A stretch of 64,000 nucleotides of DNA from positions 338,210,001 through 338,274,000 of the forward strand of contig OZ024740.1 in assembly GCA_964016885.1 (NCBI GenBank), in the 5' to 3' direction. The notes under the pieces were generated by a model, which was given only the letters and a program-made list of their open reading frames with translations, was not told the DNA's origin and ran no database searches. The position numbers were made by a program, and so were the translations under genes. Positions 12,815 through 28,426 of this stretch are shown here, one piece after another. The stretch comes from Eledone cirrhosa (taxonomy: Eukaryota). Within the stretch, counting starts at the first letter, position 1; each line of letters opens with the position of its first letter.

Positions 12815-15460
12815 ATTTATAGTAATAACATTAAATCGAAATGTAATTGTTGAAATAGATCAAATTGTCCTCTGCAAAATAATTGACTGGATAGCAATCT
12901 GGTCTATAAATGCACCGTAAAAGCAAATAACATCACATACAACTATATTGGTGCAACTTCATCGACATTTAAATTAAGATTTTCAAATCACAAATGTTCT
13001 TTTTCGAATCCTAATAGGAAATTCTCGACTTCTTTATCACAACTTATAAGGTCATTAAAAGACAAAAATTTAAAACACTCTATTTCTTATTCAAAGTTGT
13101 GTAATAGTCGAATCTACTTGAATTCTTCAGTATCACCTAACTGCAATCTTTGTACTATGGAGACCCTATTAATAATTACTAATTATGAAAATTTAATTAA
13201 CAAAAAAAGTGAATTATTCTCATATTGCCTACATAAAGCTTCTTCTACATTCCAAGCCTCGCAAAAAGTCAGGAAAAAACATTGAATAAATAAATTCTAA
13301 TTTTTAACGTTTCTTATCAACTGAGTGCGTAAAATGATACTATAACAGATTATAAAACCTTATAATAATTTTTATTCATTTACTATATGATTAATCTTAG
13401 ATTAATGGTTCGATATAAATATATAAACATATAGACTGTTAACATGATCTCTTGATGAATATGCATATCATTTGATTGTGTAAATACATTTAATTTTGTC
13501 GGGAATTTTGTATTTTTTTAAATATATAGCTTATATGGATAACAGTTATAAGGAATCGTAGACCATTCATTTATTTATTTTGAATATGTTGTTTTTAAGA
13601 TTCAAGATGTTTGATTTATACATTTATGGTATATGTGTCGTACACGATCATAGTCGACAAACTTTTTCCACTTAACTTGATGTAAAACTTCAATTATAAC
13701 ATTATTAACAGTAATTGTATTTATTATTTATTATATGTATATAAATCACTAATATCGTCTTAAGTTTTAAACAGAATACTCTGTAGACAAATGTGTATAT
13801 CTAGTTTAATAACATCCTTCTAGGTACACTTATAAGTGCCTTAGATACTTAAGGACATTCTAGTGTTATAATTATTAAATATTTTCTAAATTATATAATG
13901 ATTATTTTTTAATTTAAATTTTTTTTCTTTTTAATATAATTAAATTTGGGTTACCTTCGGGTTGATGAAAATCTTAAGTCTTTTCTTTCTCATCTTTGCA
14001 GATACTTTAAATATGATATTATACTATAATATAGAGCCTTAAAAAATGTTCTTGTATTTTTAAATTATATAGCTTAGATATTTGACACTTATAGGATCGC
14101 AAACCATTTATTTATTTATTTTGAATCTGTGTCTCATCTTTTATGATTCATGAAGTTTGATTTGTATATTTATAGTATATATGTATTACATGATCCTAAT
14201 ATAATAATTGACGTAAAACCTTACTTTTAACAATATTAACAGTAACTTATTTATTATATTATATTATATATAACTGACTAATATCGTCTTAAACTTTAAA
14301 CAATATACTCTTTGTATAAATCTAGACAAATGCGTGTATCTAGTTTAATATCCTTTTTAAGTATAATTATAAGGCCTTTGGATACTTTAGGGCATTCTAA
14401 TTGTTAATTTAAATTTTTTAAAGTTATAATTGTAATTACTTTCTAAATTATATAATGATTATTTTTTAATATAAAATCTCTTTAATATAAATTTTTTTAA
14501 AATATAATTTAATATGGATTACCTTCGGGATGAAGAAAATACTAAGTCTCTTCTTTCTCATGTTTGCAAATACTTTAAATTTGATATTATACTATAATAT
14601 AAATACTTATAAATTTTATAGCCTCAAATATGATACCTTTAGATTAATTCACTATTCTGAACTAACATAAATGATTCGAAATTTAACGGTCATCCGGATA
14701 TGTTTGGATATATATAATTGATTAATAGTCTATTTCTAATTAACTTAAGGACTCGAAATTAAACCCTCATATAGCTACACCCAGATATATTTGATATTTT
14801 GATTGACTGATTATTTCTAGATAATTCAACGATTCGAAATTATTCATTCACAAAGCTATGCCCAAATGTATATTTATTTATTTATTTATATATATATTTT
14901 TTTAAATCATCTAATTATACGCTATTTATCCACGACAATACAAATCTCCCTCCCTATGCTTTATACTATAAAAATTATTCTTCCTTGTCAATTCTTCCTT
15001 ATCAATTCCTTGTCAATTCTTCCTTAATCAATTTTCTTTTGCTTTAGTGCATAAGATATTTCTATACTTCTAGTAACTATCTTTTTCCTCATCTGTTTCT
15101 CTCTCTGTCTTTCTTTCTTCAATAATTTAAATTATTTGAATCTCTAACAGTTATGTAAATTTCTATTATATTAGTAGCTGGTTATTATTATGTATTTTTA
15201 TAAGCTTTCTCTCACGCAACCTCTGTATTATATGTAATTTTTTCATGTCTCAATCTTAAGGTATATAAATATTGAGCTTTGTCATATCTTATTCACTGTC
15301 ATGACTGAATTTTAACTATCTACTTAGTCAGGGTATGTCATGCATCATCTTATTTTATCTGATGAGGACGTACTGTTGAAGATAGCTCAGTACCTCTGAA
15401 ATATGTGTAATAAAATATATTTGATCACACGAATGTCTATTTTTGTTAATATTTTGAATT
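12815..15460 (+). mobile_element. 5'-truncated Naiad-type PLE: GIY-YIG end, long AT-rich 3' UTR and HHR
   Basis: Frame 12821-13285 reads KCNC*NRSNCPLQNN*LDSNLVYKC..NYIGATSSTFKLRFSNHKCSF..CNLCTMET..SELFSYCLHK, collinear with the C-terminus of the 38873 ORF. An internal ~540-bp duplication (about 13500-14030 vs 14050-14600) and an HHR at 15351 follow. Ends at (TA)n. Confidence 0.8.
15351..15417 (+). ncRNA. type I minimal hammerhead ribozyme
   Basis: tattttat CTGATGA gga gtactg..cagtac ctct GAAA tatgtg TA ataaaata. Confidence 0.7.
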
Positions 15461-15496
15461 AATATATATATATACTGTATATATATATATATATAT

Positions 15497-15572
15497 ATTT
15501 CGTTTCTGAATTTGTTTAGCAAGATTCTTTATCTGAAAACGTGTGTTGAAACTGATATTGTTGCCAATAAGA
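15497..15572 (-). repeat. short dispersed terminal fragment abutting (TA)n (also 24420-24485, 27769-27862)
   Basis: TTTCGTTTCTGAATTTGTTTAGCAAGATTCTT occurs three times, each next to a TA run. Probably a PLE 3' end. Confidence 0.6.
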
Positions 15573-15689
15573 AACACACGCACCAGTTGCTTTCACTTCA
15601 ATTTATTATAAATTAAATTTATAAATTTAGGAATTTATAAATTTCCGGTTGGTTGGTTGGTTCCACAACCAAACGATTGTTCATATATT

Positions 15690-15732
15690 GTCAAAGTTCT
15701 TTCATCACACTTTCTGTGAGCTCTTCAGTGAC
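15690..15732 (-). ncRNA. hammerhead ribozyme motif in a PLE 3' fragment
   Basis: Reverse strand: gtca CTGAAGA gc tcaca gaaag tgtga t GAAAG aa CTT tgac. Confidence 0.55.
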
Positions 15733-15934
15733 TGGGGATTCTTTTCTTTGTTTTTGTGCCTATCCTTTGTTCTGTCCTACGCCATCTTGTTTTTGTGTGT
15801 TGTGTGCTTAGTTGTGTGTGTTGTGCTGAGCAGCCATTGGCGTCAGCATAGCTGGTGACGTTGCCAAACTTGTTATGGTATAGTGGGAAAGGAGACTCAA
15901 AGATCTCCTTGATGAGAGTTCCATAGACCTCATC

Positions 15935-17455
15935 ATGTACTCTCATTACGTAGACGACATCAATACCGGAAAACCCTCCACTTGCCGGAAAACCCTCCTC
16001 TTCAACGACGGAGTAGCCTGGGCAAAGAAGTCTACAACTTCAGACCTATTCGACGTCTCCATGGGATCGTTTTATAGTACTGACGTATGTGACTTGGTTG
16101 GCCTATTTATTTTAGACATATTACGTGTTAGATTCCCGGACTTCCGCACGGGAATATACCGCAACGATTGACTGACTTATCGAGCCATGAAAGTGGTCAC
16201 CACCTCGACCGGTTTAAAAAAGACTTAGCTTCTAACTTCAATGAGTTAGGACTTAGGATAACAGTAGCTACCAACCTCTCTAGCGTAGATTTCTTAGATA
16301 TTAATTTAGACCTTCGCACACCCACCCACAGACCCTTCCATAAGCTAAACGAAAAACTTAATTACATTCACAAGGACTCATGCTACCCACCCACTAGAAA
16401 CTTCGTAAATAATATCAGTACAAGAATCTCAAACCTCTTCTCTAATAAGGCTATCTTTGACAGGGCGGCAGCCCCTACTATAACACGGCGTTAGCTAACA
16501 GCGGCTTCTCACAACCTATCACTTACTCTCCCACTATCAACAACAGCAATAAGAAAAGAAAGCGCAACAATAGACAAACTATTTGGTTCTCTCCTCCCTT
16601 CTCACTCAACGTTAAAACCAATGTAGGCAAAACATTCCTAGCCCTCTTAGATAGACACTTTCCCATAGGTCATAAATACCGCTCCATCTTCAACCGACAC
16701 AAAGTGAAACTAGGATACTCCTGCACTAAGAACATGGAGGACCACATCACCAGCAGCCCTAGGAGCAACGCCCCACCAGGGTGCTCTTGCCGTAAGCCCG
16801 AAGCTTTCCCCCTTCAACAGCAATGCAACACACCAGCTGTAATTTATGAAGCTGTGGTCACTTCCAACCGACCAAACCAACCACAGGAGGTCAAATCCTA
16901 TGTGGGCATGGCGGAGGGCCGATTTAAGGAACGTTTCCTGAACAAACATTCGAACTTTAGGTACCCTGACAGAAGTTCAACCACAGAAACTCGCGAGCCA
17001 CGTATGGTCCCTCAAGGACGCAAGTATAGACTACTCCATTCAATGGAAAGCCATCACTAAGTCCAAACCATACGCAAGGGGAAATCTGTCGCGTGGACTA
17101 TGTATTGACGAACGAATAAATATTTTCTAAGAGATTATGCAATAGTGATTGCCTAAACACGATATGTGAATTTTTCACACGTTGTCCACACGTCTCGAAA
17201 CACCTATTGCATAACTACAAAGCTCCGGATTGAATTTATTGTAACAACATCATAATTTTCTTATCAACTAAAAACTTTTCGGACTTTCGCAGTTATCTCC
17301 CTTACACCTCTCGCACGCATTTTAGTATTGCCTGTGTGAAGTGACCGGTTTCTGCGCATGCGCGTTCGTACAACCATGCCCATTACGAGCTGAGGATCAG
17401 CTAAGGTGAAACAATTGTTCTCGGTATGGTGAACTAACTGTTGTGTAACCACTTC
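15935..17455 (+). mobile_element. 5'-truncated, frameshifted Naiad-type PLE (RT C-half + GIY-YIG + HHR)
   Basis: FDVSMGSFYSTDVCDLVGL, GIYRND, VDFLDINLDL, HRPFHKLNEKLNYIH, CSCRKP..PLQQQC, VIYEA..YVGMAEGRFKERF, all collinear with the 38873 ORF. Confidence 0.9.
17380..17429 (+). ncRNA. type I minimal hammerhead ribozyme
   Basis: ccattacgag CTGAGGA tcagctaaggt GAAAC aatt GTT ctcggtatgg. Stem III is the palindrome ACAATTGT. Stem II is weak. Confidence 0.6.
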
Positions 17456-17511
17456 TATATATATATATATATGAATATATATATATATAAGACATATATA
17501 TATATATATAT

Positions 17512-17705
17512 ATAGGAACGAGTAGGACCCCGACGGCTGAGCTCAAGCCGTTTCGGCGGCTAATTCTGGACTAGAATTAGCCGTCGAAACGGCTTGAGCT
17601 CAGCCGTCGGGGTCCTACTCGTTCCTATTACCCACTCTACTACCCTAAGTATTGAGTACTTTGGCGCGTTATAGTCCACCTGGTTCCTTACCACATTTCC
17701 TTCAT
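17512..17705 (+). mobile_element. PLE-terminus fragment with ~58-bp perfect fold-back
   Basis: Palindrome 17512-17628. The right arm carries GAAACGGCT..AGCCGTC (HHR stem III plus GUC). Embedded in (TA)n. Confidence 0.65.
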
Positions 17706-17753
17706 TATATATATATATATTTATATATATATATATTTATATATATATATATT

Positions 17754-17802
<49 letters not shown>

Positions 17803-17919
17803 ATTTATATATATATAAGACATATATATATATATATATATAATTTTATATATATATATATATATGAGATATATATATATATTTATATATATATAAGACA
17901 TATATATATATATATATAT

Positions 17920-18125
17920 ATAGGTGAAAGTATGACCCCGATGGCAGAGCTCAAGCCGTTTCGATGGCTATTTCTGGACTAAAATAGTCAAGAAATAGCT
18001 GTCGAAAAGGCTTGAGCTCTGCTGTCGGGGTCATACTTTCTCCTATTACCCACTCTACTACCCTAAGTATTGAGTACTCTGGTGCGTTATGGTCCATCTG
18101 GTTCCTTACCACAACTCCTTCATTA
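17920..18125 (+). mobile_element. second diverged copy of the fold-back fragment
   Basis: Imperfect palindrome 17920-18046 plus the same ACCCACTCTACTACCCTAAGTATTGAGTAC tail. Confidence 0.65.
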
Positions 18126-18141
18126 TATATATATATATAAG

Positions 18142-18174
<33 letters not shown>

Positions 18175-18177
<3 letters not shown>

Positions 18178-18817
18178 CATTATCATCATTTTACGTACGC
18201 TGTTCCCTGCTTGCAAGGGTGGGGCGGGAACTGATTCTGGCTTGATTTCTACAGCTGGATGATCTTCCCAACATCAACCTCATTTACAGTGAGTGCTGGG
18301 TGCTTTTTTGCCGTGGCACCTTACACCTTACACTTTGCAGTGGAATGATAGGGACCCCAGTCCCTATCATCTCATTTCTATAGCTGAGTAAACTGGAGCA
18401 ATGTGAAATAAAGTGTCTTGCTCAGGGAAACAACACATCACCCGGTCTGAGAATTGAACTCACAACCTATCGATTGCAAGCCCAATGCTCTAACCACTAA
18501 GCCATGTGCCCCCATTTGGCATATATATAAGACATATATATATATCATCATCATCATCATCATCATTTTTCATCCGCCTTACCTTGCTTGCAAGGGTGGG
18601 ATGGGAACTGATTCTGGCTTGATTCTTACAGCTGGATGCCCTTCCTAACACCAACCTCATTTTACAGTGAGTCCTGGGTGTTCTTTTGCCGTGGCACCTC
18701 CACGACCACTTTGAAGCGGAATTATAGGGGCCTAAGTCCCTATCATCTCATTTCCCGGTCTGAGAATTGAACTCACAACCTTTCGATTGCAAGGCCAATG
18801 CTCTAACCACTAAGCCA
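18175..18817 (-). mobile_element. two tRNA-derived SINEs (family B)
   Basis: Reverse strand TGGCTTAGTGGTTAGAGCA (A box), GAGTTCAATTC (B box), GAGCAAGACACTTT and an (ATG)n tail. Confidence 0.85.
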
Positions 18818-18947
18818 CTATATATAATATATAACAGATTAAGCAAAGTTTAAACAGTTTAAACAGTTTAAGCAAAGAATCGCTGCTTTCACCCTTAACG
18901 GGATCTTCTGAAACTCTTTGGATTTTAGTCTTCAATTTTATTATTAT

Positions 18948-19021
<74 letters not shown>

Positions 19022-19026
<5 letters not shown>

Positions 19027-19152
19027 GTGACGTGGTTGCCTTAACACCGTACGGCATAAATTCAGACTGTTCAGTTTGTTTACAAACGAACAAAGCGGGC
19101 GTTATAATAAGCGTCCGCTAAACTGATACGTACATATATGTATGTGTACCTG

Positions 19153-19220
<68 letters not shown>

Positions 19221-19650
19221 TGCTACTGTACGTCTGTATACATATATGTATGTACGTATTCATACATACTTACATTTAAGTAAGTGCCGTACTAAGAGTG
19301 AGAAATGAAATTTCGTTTTCATTTTATTACAACTTATCGTTTCCGGTACGCCTGGCTGACTGAACTCACTCGATATGCAAATTAGGCTGCTCAGCTGTTA
19401 ATTTTCATAAGGAAAATATATACTTTCGAACGTTCAACCATCTGGCAGAAGGGTATACGGTGCTGATGACAGCTAACAAGCTTGAAACTAGTACATCGTT
19501 CCTGTGTCAGTGTTGAACCAAAAGGTGACGTGGTTGCCTTAACACCGTACGGCATAAATTCAGGCTGTTCAGTTTGTTTACAAACGAACAAAGCGGGCGT
19601 TATAATAAGCGTCCGCTAAACTGATACGTACATATATGTATGTGTGCCTG

Positions 19651-19655
<5 letters not shown>
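19022..19655 (+). repeat. ~498-bp HHR-containing repeat, about 1.3 units, diverged from the 20640 array
   Basis: AAAAGGTGACGTGGTTGCCTTAACACCGT at 19022 and 19520. HHR at 19458-19498. Confidence 0.85.
19458..19498 (+). ncRNA. minimal type I hammerhead ribozyme (intact core)
   Basis: cggtg CTGATGA c agct aaca agct t GAAA ctag TA catcg. Confidence 0.75.
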
Positions 19656-19710
<55 letters not shown>

Positions 19711-19713
<3 letters not shown>

Positions 19714-20632
19714 ATAATAATAAAATTGAAGACTAAAATCCAAAGAGGTCTCGATAAGGAAAATATATATCAGATATATAAGAACCGAAGAGCAAATATT
19801 TATTAAAATAACAGATTAAAGTTTAAGCAAAGAATCGCTGCTTTCACCCTTAACGGGATCTTCTGAAACTAACAAAGTCAATCTGTAAACGCAGAACTGG
19901 ATATTTAAAAAAACGTTGCAACCGGAGGAAGACAGGAAGACGATACTTTGGTTCATGGTGACGTTCGCTGGCAAAGAACGGGAAAAAACGAATAATACGT
20001 CATTAATAGGAGCGGTGAAAAACAATTACGCGCAAAGACAGAACCACGTTTATGGTATAAAAGACGTCGTAGACTAATGTTCTCTAAGTGGTGCATAGAG
20101 ACGTTCTCTGGCAATGAACGAAAAAACGAAGATAGTAAGTCATATGTGGAGCGTGGAGAAACAATAGCACGCAAAGACAAAACCACGTAAATGGTATAGC
20201 AGAAGTTGTAGACTAAAATTCTAACTAGGAGACCGAATGAATCTCCGCTACAGAGTTAAGAACAAAGTAAATAAATACAATACAGAAGTAATAGAAACAA
20301 ATAAATACATACACGCAATCAGATACGTACATACACAAGCATACGCAAAACCTTACCATAGGTATACAAAACCACGTACATATAAATATGTGTATGTGTG
20401 TATGCTTGTGTACAAATAAATAAATAATTATATAAACGTATATAAGTAAATAAATACGTATATAACAAGCGCCCACACATACCTACAAATAAATACACGA
20501 AGGTTCGGAGACGTAAGTCAACTAAAACAAGAAGTACACATATACACACACCCACCATACGTACGAACCTGCATACTCACGCAGACGCAAAACTCCCATA
20601 CGTTTATATAATTATTTATTTATTTGTACACT
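19711..20632 (-). mobile_element. non-coding PLE-like 3' UTR fragment with HHR-like motif and terminal micro-inversion
   Basis: Reverse strand of 19818-19870 reads agttt CAGAAGA t ccc gttaa ggg t GAAAGCA..TGCTT aaact. 20601-20631 is the reverse complement of 20408-20438. A rearranged partial copy lies at 18830-18950. Confidence 0.55.
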
Positions 20633-20639
20633 ATCATCA

Positions 20640-24291
<3,652 letters not shown>

Positions 24292-24299
24292 GATATATA

Positions 24300-24419
<120 letters not shown>

Positions 24420-24542
24420 TTTCGTTTCTGAATTTGTTTAGCAAGATTCTTATTGGTAACATGACCCTCCCAAAGTATAACAATATATATAAATATATAT
24501 ATATTTATATATATATAAATATATATATATATAAATATATAC

Positions 24543-24637
<95 letters not shown>

Positions 24638-25888
24638 TATATATATATAAATATACGATTGCCTCATTCTTTGGTCCCACACACTCGACCAACTGAAGGA
24701 TTTCAAAAACTTTAGAAACGGCATCAATAACCACATCCAATTCACAATGGAATACAACCAAGATCAACTGCCATTTCTGGACATCTTAATCTTAAAAAAA
24801 GACACAAATATCGAAACTGACATACACTACAAACCAACAGATTCCAAACAATATCTGCTATTCATCTCCAACCATCCAAAGCACACGAAGACGAACATTC
24901 CTTTTAACCTAGCAAGAAGAATTTGCACAATTGTCTCCAATTATGAAACGCGAAATAAAAGACTTTAAGAATTAAAGGAAATTCTACTCGAGAGAGAGTA
25001 CCCACTATTACTAATAAATAATGGAATAGATAGGGCTAAAGCAATAGGCATTGATGAATTACGGAAACAGAAACAAATTCAAGGTACGTCCAATATTCTA
25101 TCATATATCTCAACACACAACCCAAGAAATGCGGAAGCTTACAACACTATTTACAAGAACATCCCACTACTAAAACAAAACCCCAGAATGAAAAAAGCCC
25201 TTGAAACACACAAAATAATCAAAAGCAAAAGACAACCAAAATCACTGAAACCATTACTCACCAATGCCAAATTACCTACCACAAACCCACAACCAAGTAT
25301 CAAAAATGTGGTCGCTCTAATTGTGGAACCTGCACTCACCTCATTGAAGGCAACACGTATACATTTAAATCAGGACAAAATTTTACTGTAAAAAATCACT
25401 TCACTTGCTCATCAAAAAATCTAATTTATGCCATTAAATGTAAAGGATGCAATGAAGATTATATAGGACAAACTAAACTCACACTCAGAAACAGAATGAC
25501 AGTTCATCGCCAACAATTACGAGATCCAACCACGAGACAGATACCACTAAGTGCACATCTAGACATTTGCGCAAGTAATAAGACACCCAAATTCCAAGTC
25601 TTCCCATTTTACCTTTGCGCTAACAATACGACAGAACAAATACGAATAAATAAGGAAAATATGTTTATTCAAAAATATAGACCAGCATTAAATATGGTTT
25701 AATATACATTATGTCAACACCATAATATGACATACACACACACACATAACACCTTCTACTTTAGAAAATAAAAACCCGAACTAAATAAACCTTAACATAC
25801 GTTAGCACTGACAATACAACAGAACAAATAAGAATAAGTAAGGAAAATATGTTCATTCAAAAATATTCCTACTAAAGGAATCATTTTC

Positions 25889-25923
<35 letters not shown>

Positions 25924-26692
25924 ATATATATATATATATTCTCTTCATCTTAACATGCTAACCATACTCCCACACACATAACACCCATACACACACATAA
26001 CCCCCACACCCACAACTTCTTCCCCCATTTCTACTAATAGAACCACTTTCCTACACACATATATACACACACACAACATATATATTCTCTCCATCTTAAC
26101 ATACTCGCACACACACACATAACACCCATTTACACACACACACAACTCCCTCCCCCATTTCTACTAATAGAATCATCTTCCAATATACACACACACACAC
26201 ACACACACAAGCACACAAATAAACATACATATCTTTACTTCAATAGAAAATCTGAACTCTGACACCCCAGCGAACTAACCATATTCACTGAACCAGAATA
26301 ATTCTCCCAATCCCATTTCTCTTGACCACTATCTTTCCCTTGTCATAACATTCTCTATAAAGGCTACAGAATAGATTTCCAAATAAGGGCGCAGAAATGT
26401 AATGAAAACTTGTTCACGTGACAGCCAAATTTCATTTATAACCAATCAAATAACGTTTATTTAAAAAAAGCCTTCGTGAGCCACCTTTTTTTAAAGTAAA
26501 GAAATTCAAACACACACACACACACAACACACACACACACACACGCACACACACACAAGCACACAAATAAACATACATATCTTTACTTTCTTTATTCAAT
26601 AGAAAATCTGAATTCTGACACCCCAGCGAACTAACCATATTCACTGAACCAGAACAATTCTCCAATCCCTTTCTCTTGACCATTATCTTTCA

Positions 26693-26880
26693 CGGTGGAT
26701 TGGCAGTATCGGTAGAGGGTTGGACGCCATGCTTTGCAGCACAGTTACGTCCCTTTACGGACTGAGTTCAAATCTCGCCGAGGTTAACTTTGCCTTTCAT
26801 CCTTACGGGGTCGATAAAATAAAGTACCAGTAATACACTGGGATAATTGCTGGCCTTGTGCCAAAAAGTAGAAACAATTA
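26693..26880 (+). mobile_element. tRNA SINE (family A) nested in the Neptune-like UTR
   Basis: GGTGGATTGGCAGTATCGG..GAGTTCAAATC, with 12-bp TSD ATTATCTTTCAC on both sides. Confidence 0.9.
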
Positions 26881-27278
26881 TCTTTCACTTATCATAAAAT
26901 TCTCTAAAAAGGCTACAGAATGGATTTCCAAATAAGGGCACGAAAATTTAATGAAAACTTGTTCACGTGACAGCCATAATTTCATTTATAACCAACCAAA
27001 AAAAAAAAAAAAAAAAAAAGCCTTCGTGAGCCCCTTTTTTCAAGTAAAAAGAAATTCAAACACTCATATATGAAAAAAACAACCTGTGACAAACCCCCCT
27101 CTTATTTGAAGAACTATTGTAACGCGAACTGGCACGAAATTTATTATAATTATTGACAAACCAATCAAATTACTTCTCGAAAAACCTGGCATTTCGAGCC
27201 ACTTTTTCCATATAAAACAAGTAACATTCAGAGACCAACCAGATGTGAGAAAAACCACAGACCCTCCATCTCAACTCA

Positions 27279-27316
27279 CCTTTTGAAAAGCAGAAGAACT
27301 GCGAAACCGGTAAAGG
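27279..27316 (+). ncRNA. degenerate minimal hammerhead
   Basis: cctt TTGAAAA gcag aagaa ctgc GAAA ccgg TA aagg. Two core changes from CTGAAGA. Confidence 0.55.
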
Positions 27317-27388
27317 AACCAAATAAATATATATATTTTTTTAAAAAATAAGACTCCAGTTGCATTTTCGATTTCATCTCTTTTTCTT

Positions 27389-27460
<72 letters not shown>

Positions 27461-27461
27461 A

Positions 27462-27521
<60 letters not shown>

Positions 27522-27727
27522 TCCCTCGAGTGTATTTTATTGTGGTATTAGCACTAGGGAGGTTATGTATTTGACACAGTCAAAGAGTCCTTTCATATAG
27601 CTGTCGAAACGGCCAGAGCTCAGCCATTGGGATTCTGAATCTTTTCATATTACCCACTCTACTACCCTAAGTATTGAGTACTTTGGTGCGTTATGGTCCA
27701 CCTGGTTCCTTACCACATTTCGTTCGT

Positions 27728-27774
<47 letters not shown>

Positions 27775-27859
27775 ATACTTTGACCCTCCCAAAGTATAAC
27801 AATATCGGTTTCAACACACGATTTCAGATAAAGAATCTTGCTAAACAAATTCAGAAACG

Positions 27860-27894
<35 letters not shown>

Positions 27895-28164
27895 TGTAAT
27901 AAACAACATAAGGCAATTATTCCATTTAATTTACCAGTGGTTTCTTAAAAGCAACAAATTTTGCTTTCAATCATCAGAATGAAAAAATCCTGGTGTATTT
28001 ATTTGCGTGTGTGAGTATGTAGAGGTGTGTGCATGCATATGTATGCATGTATATATTGTGTATGTATGTGTATGTATGTACTTGTGTATATACGTATGAT
28101 TGTATGTATGTATGTATGTATGTATGTATATGTATGTGTATATGGGTATGTATGTGTATGTGTA

Positions 28165-28203
<39 letters not shown>

Positions 28204-28238
28204 TTACTGTGGTTACCTCCGATTCAACCCGGAATAAC

Positions 28239-28275
<37 letters not shown>

Positions 28276-28367
28276 AAGTTTAATTTTTCTTCTACAACAT
28301 GGATTATTACAACACAACAACTTCAACTAAAGACATTCCTATATATATATACATACATATATATATG

Positions 28368-28426
<59 letters not shown>

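Larger units (their letters stand above)
24655..27390 (+). mobile_element. 5'-truncated Neptune-like PLE (RT thumb + Zn-finger linker + GIY-YIG, long 3' UTR)
   Basis: [38 protein letters not shown]; CGRSNCGTC; NLIYAIKCKGCNEDYIGQT; RMTVHRQQ. Has stops and frameshifts. Degenerate HHR at 27279-27316. UTR duplication about 26200-26510 / 26560-27060. Confidence 0.85.
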
